From the NCBI RefSeq assembly GCF_001194135.2, contig NC_068997.1, forward strand, positions 55,176,875-55,240,874: a stretch of DNA of 64,000 nucleotides, read 5' to 3'. Below, piece by piece: positions 53,205 through 64,000 of this stretch. The DNA is from Octopus bimaculoides (Eukaryota). The notes under the pieces were generated by a model. It was not told the DNA's origin. It saw nothing but the letters and a program-made list of their open reading frames with translations, and did no database searches. The position numbers were made by a program, and so were the translations under genes. Within the stretch, counting starts at the first letter, position 1. Each line of letters opens with the position of its first letter.

Positions 53205-54030
53205 AAGTACCCAGTTACTATAATAAGCTATCCTAGAAGTATTATTAAGAACCCCGATTAGTATAACATGGGATTATGAAGAGAATGACAACAGCTAGTT
53301 AGTATAACATACCCTGGTTACATAACAGTATAATGTAGCCTGGTTAGTATAAAAAAGGAATGTATTAAAAAAGGACAAAACCTAGTTAGTGCAAAATTCT
53401 GTGATTTGTATAACAAGGTATCCTACTTATCATAATAAAGTATCCTAAGACTGAGTTGGCTGAACTGTTCACACACCAAATCTTTATGGTCTGGGTTCAA
53501 ACCCTGCCAAAGCTGGCTCTGCCTTTTATTCTTCCATGGCTAATAATATAAGTTCTAGTCAAGCACTGGGGCCAATATAATTGACTAACTCTCTGCCTAA
53601 CAATTTCCGGCCTTGTGCTTATAGTTGAAAGGATTGTAATAAAGTACCCTGTTTAGTAGATTTTGGGAACATGAAAAGAATGACAAAACCTGGTAGGTAT
53701 AGGGTAAACTGGTTAGATAATAAGGCACACTGATTAATATAATGAAGTAATAGGAGTAATATTATGAGGTACCCTGGTTAGTATAGCATGAATATATGAA
53801 AAGAGTGGGAAAAACTAGTTTATAGAATGTACTTGGTTGCATAACAAGGTCTCCAAGTTAATATAATTAGGTAAACTGGTTCGTTAGCAAGGGAATATGA
53901 AATAGTAAAACTGAGTTGGTTTAGAGTACTCTGATTAGTATAAGGTACTCTAGTTAATATTACAAGGTAGCCAGGTAATTATGTAAAAATACCTTGTGTA
54001 GTATAACATTGAATATGAAAAAAATGATTA
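53205..54030. repeat. Degenerate higher-order minisatellite (~22-nt units plus ~40-nt units)
   Basis: Core aaggtaccctggttagtataac recurs about 16 times. A longer unit gggaatatgaaaagaatgacaaaacctggttag occurs at ~53271, 53357, 53664, 53788, 53889 and 54008. Confidence 0.75.
53450..53636 (+). mobile_element. Family B SINE inserted into the minisatellite
   Basis: gagttggctgaac...gggttcaaaccc...ggccttgtgcttatagttgaaaggat. Flanked by taataaagtatcct and taataaagtaccct. Confidence 0.7.
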
Positions 54031-54314
54031 AATCTTTTACTATATGTGTCAGGAATCTTTACAGTCATTCTAGGAACTTTCCACATAGATAAAACAGATG
54101 AAGGTATGGAAAGGAATAACAGAAAACTTCTAGCTAGCCACTACTTTGTAAAAATGGATTGAGAGGAAGTGTGCCAATATGAAAGACAGCAATAACTCAA
54201 ATGTTCTGAATGAAAAGTAGAAATAAAAGGTCTGATTTTAGTAGCAGATATTGTATATATGAGCCACAAAGTATTAGAAAACTAAAGAAATTAAAAGAAA
54301 AGGTTATTGTCAAC

Positions 54315-54420
54315 TTATTGATAGATTGATGTGTAGAAATATTAATAGATTAATGTATTGATAGACTAATATATTGATAGATTTATGTATAAAGATATAT
54401 TAATAGATTGATTTATAGTA
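54315..54420. repeat. Degenerate ~16-nt minisatellite (tattgatagattaatg)
   Basis: About 6 variant copies of tatt(g/a)atagatt. Confidence 0.65.
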
Positions 54421-54864
54421 AAGTTGGCATTGACTGAGAGACTTCCAGTTTTGCCTAACAGCTTATTCAACCAATTTGACAATTAATCTGATATTGATAT
54501 ATATATATATATATATATATATAGGTAGGTAGATGAGACAAACAGACAGACATCATGATAGAATCTGACAGAATCATTAGCAGACTGGGTAAAATGGTTA
54601 GTGGCATTTTGCCTGTCTTTACATTCTGCCAGATCACCACCTAAATAATAATGATAATAATAATGATAATAATAATAATAATAATGATAATAATTACAAT
54701 AATAATAATATTTCAAGATTGAAGTTAATCTTCACAAAGGTAAAGAAACAATAAGAACGTGACTGTTATTGGTAATAAATAGAGATTGACTTTGTTTATT
54801 AAAAGGAAAAGATAATGAATGAACACTATTTCGACACTGTGTGTCTTTTGCAAGTTCAAAATAT

Positions 54865-54904
<40 letters not shown>

Positions 54905-54905
<1 letters not shown>

Positions 54906-55215
54906 TGCACGGTCAGTTTGCAAGAGATGTGAACGCAAAAACAGATACAGAGGACAGGTGGCTACGACCTGAAGACAGAAACAGAAGCACTCATATGTGC
55001 AGCTCAGAAACAAGCACTAAGGACCGATTATATGAAGTGCAGAATAAACAACACTACCGACAGCAACAAATACAGAATGTGTGGTGAGAGGGGTGAAGTG
55101 GTATGACACATTGTTAGTGAATGCCTGAAATTGGCACAACAAAAGGTACCATGACAATGTGGCAAGAGCTCCAGTGGGAGCTCTGTGAAAATCATGGCCT
55201 ACAAAGAGCAAAGAC
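54905..55215 (+). mobile_element. R4/Dong-type LINE fragment with CCHC zinc knuckle, starting at the edge of (AAT)n
   Basis: LHGQFARD...RWL / DLKTETEALICAAQKQALRTDYMK...YRMCGERGEVV*HIVSECLKLAQ / YHDNVAR / QWELCENHG. Two or three frameshifts and one stop. Confidence 0.9.
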
Positions 55216-55249
55216 ATAATGATGATGATAATAATGGTAGATGACTCAT

Positions 55250-55430
55250 ACAGCAGGCAAAGTTTTGAGGGGGAACTGAATAGTCAATATCACCAGCCCC
55301 AGTTCTTTACTAGTACTTTATTTTATCAACCTTGAGTGATGAAAGGCAAAGTTGATCTGGGAGAGATTTGAACTGAGAATGTAAAAAGTCACACAAATAT
55401 TGCAAAACTAGTGTTTCAACAATTGTCAGC
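55250..55430 (-). mobile_element. Family B SINE, degenerate
   Basis: agttttgagggggaac...ccccagt...gatgaaaggcaaagttgatctggg...tttgaactgagaatg. Confidence 0.7.
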
Positions 55431-55574
55431 AGCAGCAACGGTGGTGGTGGTGGTGGTGATGGTAGTCTCCATTTTGGGGTTTTTGAAACTTTGAAAATGT
55501 TTGGTGCAGCAGATAATTTAACGAAATTGGTAAAATCCAGTTCGAGGGATTGGAGAACTAATTTGTTCTGCAAA

Positions 55575-55870
55575 AGTTCCGAGGCAGTGTGAACATAAAC
55601 AGTTTTTCAAGGCAATTCCTTTTCTCTATTACTCCCTGTCATCACTGTTATTCAACCAATATTCCTGAGAAAAAAAGTGATGTGGATATAATTTGGGGAA
55701 AGATGATCCTTACCCATCCTTAAACTACCTGTTGTTGTTTACCAATGATTTGAAATTGCTTGCCAAGTCTGAAATATAATTAGTTCGTTTTGTAGACAGT
55801 CCATGGATGTGACCAAGATACTTGTAGGGAATTGAATGTGTAAAAACGTTCAGCTGTCTCTATGAAACAA
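55575..55870 (+). mobile_element. R4/Dong-type LINE fragment: RT catalytic core
   Basis: VFQGNSFSLLL (FQGDSLS motif, 55602), then GYNLGKD...LNYLLLFTNDLKLLAKSE (decayed F/YMDDLKL motif, ~55735). Confidence 0.8.
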
Positions 55871-57047
55871 GGGACGTATTCCATGGTACTGGCATTAAAT
55901 TACAATTTAGCGAACAACCGATGGTTTTGTGACTTGGTTAATGTATCCAGCTCACAATCATAAGGTTATAAAAACTCAATATTTGGCAGCATGTGGTGTC
56001 CTTGAGAAAGGCACTTTACTTCACATTGCTAGTGAATCTTTTTCTCCACTACATTGCTGTCACATTCTATAACCCTGTCATTCTACATTCCTGGCTTCCT
56101 TTCATTCTCCACAGTTAATTTTAAGTGCTTTTACAAAATTTAACAATTCACAGATATGAATAAATTCTTATACATGGGTTAAATGATTGTCTATTTTGTT
56201 TATCTGTCTCTCAGTGATTTCAGTACTATCATTTTGGTAAAATATGGAACACTTCATCAGGTGTTGAATGCCCACCAAAAGTTTCATTTATTTATTTATA
56301 TCAAGTACAACACCTCTGATATCAAGAAAAAGTATCAGACTCCATCATATAATTGGTTGCAGTAATAGGAAATTTCAGCTATGATATTTACAATAAAAGG
56401 ATTCAACTAAGAATTGAGCTTTTGTCACAGACTCTACTAATTGAAGGTTTACCAATATTGAGTAGAACTTCTTCAAAAATGTATATAAAAATATAATGAA
56501 AAATGACATCTCCATTTAATATGATAGTGAAGACTAGACACTAGGCACTGTTTATAGAGAAATAATAAAAAATATTTGTAAAGAATGGAACAAATCCCTT
56601 CAAACCTACTTTGGCATTTTGATAATTCTGTTAATAAGAGTAAAATAAAAATGTTTTTAGCAGACAAAAAAAATTCAATATGACTATTGGAATACTACCA
56701 AAATATTTATTAAAACAACATCAACAAGCAAATAAAATATGCATAATAATAATAAGAATAAGAATAAGAATAATAATTTTAGAATGTTTCTATGTTAAAA
56801 TAGCAAAATTAATATCACACTTGAAGATTGTAAAGTGTTGTGTATTTGTGTAGACAGACATAACAGAATATGGAAAGAGAATCACATAAAACCTAGAGTA
56901 CTAATGGCAGAAAATTTATTTATATTGCACATATGTGATGAGCATATGTAATCAATATATACATACCTACATATATTGTCATGTATGTCTATATGAATGT
57001 GCATGTATGGATGTGAATGTGTGTGCAATCGCTCTCTCTCTCTCTCT

Positions 57048-57090
<43 letters not shown>

Positions 57091-57124
57091 NNNNNNNNNN
57101 NNNNNNNNNNNNNNNNNNNNNNNN

Positions 57125-57165
<41 letters not shown>

Positions 57166-57380
57166 ATATATATTTTTCTTTATATTTACTAATAAACAAT
57201 TAATATATATATACTTACTTATATTTACATACATATATATACATATATGATAGGCACTAACATACAAATGCACAATTATGGCTACAATAACATGTGCAAA
57301 TAAATATACTCATACATACTTATGGGCATGTATATATATGTGTATATATATATATATGTATTTACATAGAGGAGAGTGTG

Positions 57381-57432
<52 letters not shown>

Positions 57433-57789
57433 GACACTCATAAAAATATCTTTGAAAGTAGTCTAAGCACAATTGAAACTGCAGAAGGTGTTTGTTGTGG
57501 TTGTTAAGGCAAGCAAATCCTTCCAAGGAAAAGTGATTGTCAAAAAGAACAAGAATCAAGTGGACAGTCGATTGTCTGTTATTGGTAGACACAGCACCAT
57601 TAAAATGAATTGATTATTACTTAACCTGTCATCTTTCATTGAAGAAACGATCATTCATGTATGTGTGAGTGTTTTTGCATCAATGTGTGGCAAGGAATGT
57701 GTGTGTGTGTGTGTGTGTGAATGTGTGTGGGTGAATGTGTGTGTGTGTGTGTGAATGTGTGTGTGGAAGAGCTTATGTGGGTGTAGGGG

Positions 57790-57795
57790 TGCATC

Positions 57796-57848
<53 letters not shown>
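57790..57848. repeat. (CT)n microsatellite
   Basis: About 29 CT units. Explains the SLSLSL ORFs. Confidence 0.95.
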
Positions 57849-57851
<3 letters not shown>

Positions 57852-58297
57852 TTATCTATCTATCTATCTCGTTCTTTCTCCCCCTTTTCACTTCTACTCT
57901 TCTTCTCTCACTATGTGTGTGTGTGAGTTTGTATTCATGCCCATGTATTTACATAGCCACATGCAATTAAATGTACATTAAAGAGGAAAAGGCTGAGACT
58001 AAGGAGGGGAATATATATACAGATAATTAGATAGATATAGAGAGAAAGAGAGAGGGGAGAGAGAAATGAAAGTAACTGTAACAAAAGCCATTTCTAGTTT
58101 TGCTTTCCCTTCAAGAAAGCAACAACTGACACATTAAATAATCAGAAAGAGGGCTAGAAAGGAACCATGTGAAAAATTCTACCGTTGTTACAAATTTGGG
58201 ATTTCAAATTTTGTTTTGGAATGAGTCACAAAAGAGAACAGTGAATCTCCAGAGTGCAGATAAACAAACTTCCAGAGAGTTTCGTTATTGTTCTTAC

Positions 58298-58439
58298 ATT
58301 GTATTGTTACAGGTGTCAGCAAAGGTGAACACTTTTGTTCCCTTGACTGAAGTTTGTGGCACACAGAATATCGGCGCTGAATATTATTGCCATTTCTCAC
58401 TCATGGGAGTAGCTAAACAATGTTTTAGAATTAGATATG
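58298..58439. CDS. Candidate exon, strand unresolved
   Basis: Plus 58313-58439 has acceptor gttcttacattgtattgttacag|GT and donor G|gtgaca (VSAKVNTFVPLTEVCGTQNIGAEYYCHF...). Minus 58298-58376 has donor AT|gtaaga (PIFCVPQTSVKGTKVFTFADTCNNT). Locally CpG-rich. Confidence 0.25.
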
Positions 58440-59034
58440 GTGACAGATAACACAAAGTCATAGACATCTTTGCTAAACAAACAACATTTGTTTACCTGTA
58501 CATGTATGTGTGTGTGTGTGTATATATATGCACTTGTGTATGGGTGTACATATGTATGCATTTGTGTGTGTATGTATATATACATGTGTATATGTATGTC
58601 TATCTCTCTTTCTGTCTATATATATACACATACATATTTATATACACATACATATATACACACATATATACATGTACATGTGTTTGTGTATGTGTGTGTG
58701 TATATATATATATATGACTATCCTTCTATCTATATCTGTATCTATATATGCATATATATAAAACATATAGAAACAAGCATGCACACTCTCATGGTGGTGG
58801 ATTTCTATTATTTGAGAATGTACAACAAGGCCAAATCTTTCAACTAACTCGCACAGTTTGTACGACAGGCTTCTGCACAATCTCTATTCATTAAATTTCA
58901 CTTACAAGACATATTAGGCTGATACCAGAAAAAAAAAATGCTTTTGCACAAATTGCCTTGTACTGCTATTGAACTTGGGACTTCATGATTATAAAGTGAA
59001 CTTCTTAATCATTCAGCCATACTATGCCTACATA

Positions 59035-59090
<56 letters not shown>

Positions 59091-59279
59091 CATACACACA
59101 CACATATATATATGTACAAACACACATTAATCAGTACAAACATTTTTATCAGTTATAGAAGTTTTCTCATGATCCTTTGCAACTTACTACTGCATATGAA
59201 CACCATTAATACCTTTTTAATACCCTCCTTTCATTCTGATGATGAGACTGGGAAGATCTAGAAACATTAACACTCTCAA

Positions 59280-59418
59280 GAATTTGGTTTAAAAAGACAT
59301 TGGAAATCCTGATTGCTATGTTACATCATTATCTTTTAGTAGACTTACAATAACTGTTAAAGTATTGTATTACATAATGCTCTAATTTAGTATTTCACCT
59401 CCTGAATTTCAAACTACT
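59280..59418 (+). repeat. Direct repeat copy 1 (~139 bp)
   Basis: Matches 61042-61179 with 8 substitutions and 1 indel. Confidence 0.9.
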
Positions 59419-60231
59419 AATATCATTGTTCCAAACTAAATAAAAAGGGACTAATAAGAAAACATGAACAATTTCCTTAAAAATAATGAACCAAATTTGA
59501 ACATAGTCATGTTTTACTCTATTTTTGAAAGAAAATCTATTGGTTGCTTATACCACACACACACAAACATTTGCATATATAGGCAATAAATGAAATTATA
59601 TTGACAATTATGATATTGATGGTGTAGCTATCTCACAGCCAAAATATTCCAGTATATTTTAGCTACTACATGGTCATCAAATGACCAACCAATAATATAG
59701 CTACCTATTAATCTATGTATTATTCTCTATCTCTATCTACATACCTACTTAACACTACATATTTGTTAACCTACTTCACTAAACTGTTCTTCAATTGAGT
59801 GCATTTCACTCCCATTTCTTTACCACACCTTATAATTAACATACAATGAGGCTATTTCATCTCTACAGGTACAGACAAATCCATTAACATTTCTTACCAT
59901 CAATATTTCTGAATATTTATTTTTAAAAAGATCAAAAGAATTTATAGAAATTTCAGTTTTTGTGTAACATGGATTAGAAAATATATCAATCAGGCACTGG
60001 TTTTCAGCTGGATGCTCTCCCCATCATTAACCCTTACTGGCTGTTCAAGAAAGAGATCTTGTATTCTGTAAAAAAAGTTTGTGTTACAAAAAAGCACAAA
60101 GTCAGGGAAAATGGTAACTATGTCACTGTTTGTAGCTCATTGAGTTTTGGAGAAGCACAAATGTAAACACATACATGTGTGTGTATTTAAACCATCCTTA
60201 TCATAATCATTTCCCATCCCTCTTCCATGTT

Positions 60232-60268
<37 letters not shown>

Positions 60269-61041
60269 NNNNNNNNNNNNNNNNNNNNNNNNNNNNNNNN
60301 NNNNNNNNNNNNNNNNNNNNNNNNNNNNNNNNNNNNNNNNNNNNNNNNNNNNNNNNNNNNNNNNNNNNNNNNNNNNNNNNNNNNNNNNNNNNNNNNNNNN
60401 NNNNNNNNNNNNNNNNNNNNNNNNNNNNNNNNNNNNNNNNNNNNNNNNNNNNNNNNNNNNNNNNNNNNNNNNNNNNNNNNNNNNNNNNNNNNNNNNNNNN
60501 NNNNNNNNNNNNNNNNNNNNNNNNNNNNNNNNNNNNNNNNNNNNNNNNNNNNNNNNNNNNNNNNNNNNNNNNNNNNNNNNNNNNNNNNNNNNNNNNNNNN
60601 NNNNNNNNNNNNNNNNNNNNNNNNNNNNNNNNNNNNNNNNNNNNNNNNNNNNNNNNNNNNNNNNNNNNNNNNNNNNNNNNNNNNNNNNNNNNNNNNNNNN
60701 NNNNNNNNNNNNNNNNNNNNNNNNNNNNNNNNNNNNNNNNNNNNNNNNNNNNNNNNNNNNNNNNNNNNNNNNNNNNNNNNNNNNNNNNNNNNNNNNNNNN
60801 NNNNNNNNNNNNNNNNNNNNNNNNNNNNNNNNNNNNNNNNNNNNNNNNNNNNNNNNNNNNNNNNNNNNNNNNNNNNNNNNNNNNNNNNNNNNNNNNNNNN
60901 NNNNNNNNNNNNNNNNNNNNNNNNNNNNNNNNNNNNNNNNNNNNNNNNNNNNNNNNNNNNNNNNNNNNNNNNNNNNNNNNNNNNNNNNNNNNNNNNNNNN
61001 NNNNTATATATATATATATATATATTGATATATATATATAT

Positions 61042-61179
61042 GAATTGGTTTAAAAAGACATTGGAAATCCTAATTGCTATGTTATATCATTATCTTTTTG
61101 TAGACTTGCAATAACTGCTAAAGCATTGTATTACATAATGCTCTAATTTAGTATTTCACCTCCTGAATCCCAAACTACT
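61042..61179 (+). repeat. Direct repeat copy 2
   Basis: Matches 59280-59418. Begins right after the (TA)n that flanks the 60269-61004 gap. Confidence 0.9.
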
Positions 61180-61240
61180 GAGAGGCCATCCTAACCTTTC
61201 ATTGCTGTCAAATCAATAGAGTAAGTATTACTAAGCATAC

Positions 61241-61280
61241 CAGTGTATAAGTCTGAAATAGCAGAAGTGTTCAGTAACAA
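61241..61280 (-). CDS. Candidate 40-nt exon
   Basis: ttgtttttgttttttttttcccaag|TTGTTA...CACTG|gtatgc. Two open frames (LLLNTSAISDLYT, VTEHFCYFRLIH). Confidence 0.3.
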
Positions 61281-61723
61281 CTTGGGAAAAAAAAACAAAA
61301 ACAAAACAAGAGACAATATCTCAAACAACATCTCGATCATTCTACTCGACATGCTGTTCACTGTCTCATTCCATCTCCCCCCCCACCTTCATAATCAGAA
61401 ACACCGTGACTCCACTGTGTGTGCATTTAAAAAAAAAAATCAATATGATAACAAAAAGTTAAATAAAAAATAAACAGTAACAATAACAAGAATAAAATAA
61501 GTCTTTTGTTCTCGAAATCAAGATAAAATATATTCTTTTGTGTCGAAGTCAAAATTTTACAGTCGGAAAGGTGATAAGAATAACAGATTCCATTTGGAGA
61601 AAAAAAACNNNNNNNNNNNNNNNNNNNNNNNNNNNNNNNNNNNNNNNNNNNNNNNNNNNNNNNNNNNNNNNNNNNNNNNNNNNNNNNNNNNNNNNNNNNN
61701 NNNNNNNNNNNNNNNNNNNNNNN

Positions 61724-61767
<44 letters not shown>

Positions 61768-61803
61768 TATGTATGTGAGTGTGTATACATGTATTTATAT
61801 ATC

Positions 61804-61835
<32 letters not shown>

Positions 61836-63272
61836 CATTGTATACATTTTGTGTCTATATATAGACACACATATACATACATAAATAAATATATATACAT
61901 ATATATTTATAAACACATATATATATATAGATATAGATATCAATATATTAATCTATATGATAATAATTTATTGTATGCAGTGCGCAGGTGCACTGCAAAA
62001 TATATGTTTTTATGTATATACATAGTTTTAAAAAAATAAACATTACATTCTCACTATTGTCTCACATATAAGAAACAGTTTCAAACTTTTTTTCAGAAAA
62101 GTAAGTTGGCCTTTTTTTTTTTTTATCCTCTCCCACTGCTCCTCATATGATATCACAAATAGTTTTGATACTAACAGTCTCAATGGTAAAAGAATTGTTG
62201 TTTAAAGAATTTCACTCTTTTCTAATTCTAACATTTTGCCAAGTATGGAATTCATGAAATCCCTGACCATTCAAACATAATCCAATATTTATGAAGCAAT
62301 TATTAATATTTTTAATGTATATTAATTAATTGAGATATATTTCAATACACACCAGACTAGTTCCATTATTGAATATAGAATATATACATATCAACATTAA
62401 GTTGTTTCACATATTTATAACACTTTAATAAAAAGAAGAAAGAAAATCATATTTTAACATTTGAAATAATATTACAGACCCATCGACCACAACTGAAGGT
62501 TGTTTTTGAGAAAGAGAAAGTGTTTAATCACATCATAGAAGAAGGAATTTATATGTGGTTACATGACTTGCTAAAAATAACACCACAATGTCCCTTAAAC
62601 TACACAGAAAAGAAAATTATATAAATGATTGAGGTAAATTACTGCTGGAAAAAAAGAATAAAAGTTGGGCTGACCACGGCTTGATTAACTTTAATCATAG
62701 GACAATTCAATCAGGTTTAACTTAGGGTTGAAAAACAACATGTGCACGTGTGTGCAGGAATAGTAATTTAAACAAATATATTAATAACAAAAAAAAAAAC
62801 AGTATTAAAAATCATTAAAATGATTAATAATTTTGGTGTAAGGATTTGTGTTAAGGTCTATTGTAGATGATTAATTTAACACAAGTATATGACTGGTATT
62901 AATATTTACAGATCATGACAGCTTTGTTGAGACTCGATCTTCAAGTGTTAATGTATTCGCACATATTTACTGATATAGACATACTTACAAACAAATCACA
63001 AACATATACAGACATACATAAGTGTCTTTTGGCAGAGAAAGAAAGAGAGAGAGAATGTGATGCATGCTTAAGCAACGTTCAAACACACTGACAGCATACA
63101 TACATACATACATACATATACACATACATATATAAACACACACATACACACACACCCATTTATCAATATAAATAAATGCCGATACAAACTGAATATGATG
63201 CAACACGAATGTAAGAGATATTCTTTATTACAAGCACAGAAAGCTCTGGAATGAAATATTTCTTTAAATATA

Positions 63273-63347
<75 letters not shown>

Positions 63348-63947
63348 TATATATATATACATAAACACTGCACTTATTTCCACTGGACAAGATAAACTTA
63401 CTTGCTTCTATAAAACATACATTTGTCTATACAACAATTTCAACATTCATATACAGATGTGAACAGATACAAACTAAACTAAACATACATATACACATAT
63501 AAATTCATGCATGTGTGTTTATGTGTGTGTGTATGTATGTATATGTGTATGTACATATATGTATGTTTGTGCATATATATTTATATGTAAGCATGCATAT
63601 AAATGTTGTATGTGTTGTAGCATAAGTGTGTATTTATGATGATGTAAACATCTTGTAGAAGATGTTTTGTATAAGTACACATTCATTTGCATCCAGACAT
63701 GAATCAATACATCCATGCAGATAACACACATGTGCATCTACAGTGACGTAAACACGTGCCTGTTGCAAATGTGTGCTAAGAATCAAATTTCCATGGGAAA
63801 TTAAATCTGTATTGGGAAACAGCATGGAAGCATGCGTATGCATGGGTTTTTACGTCTGTACTTGGAAATCTCTTAACTCACATACATACATGCACAGAAG
63901 TTCATGTATGTATGTGTATACATACATACATACATACATACATACAT

Positions 63948-64000
<53 letters not shown>

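Noticed and set aside
53205-54030. CRISPR-like interpretation of the repeat/variant alternation
   Set aside because: The units are degenerate and the intervening parts are themselves repeats. No unique spacers, no cas genes, eukaryotic context.

Overview
AT-rich, microsatellite-dense eukaryotic DNA from a gapped draft assembly (13 N-gaps, almost all abutting (TA)n). The SINE families look like those I know from octopus genomes, so the source is probably a cephalopod (Octopus-like); this is pattern recall, not a database result. No complete gene can be read. Nearly all ORFs in the track are translations of microsatellites, gaps or antisense repeats. What the sequence supports: dozens of tRNA-derived SINE copies in at least three families (labelled A, B, C here), decayed R4/Dong-type (restriction-like endonuclease) LINE fragments sitting in (AAT)n arrays, an RTE-like LINE C-terminus, mariner/Tc1 remnants, an intron-retaining tRNA-Lys(UUU)-like pseudogene fused to a SINE tail, a ~70-bp-arm foldback element, a higher-order minisatellite, and several weak minus-strand exon candidates that may belong to one long-intron gene. 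I found no CRISPR array, rRNA or prokaryotic-type system. Repeat boundaries are read by eye (about +/-15 nt).
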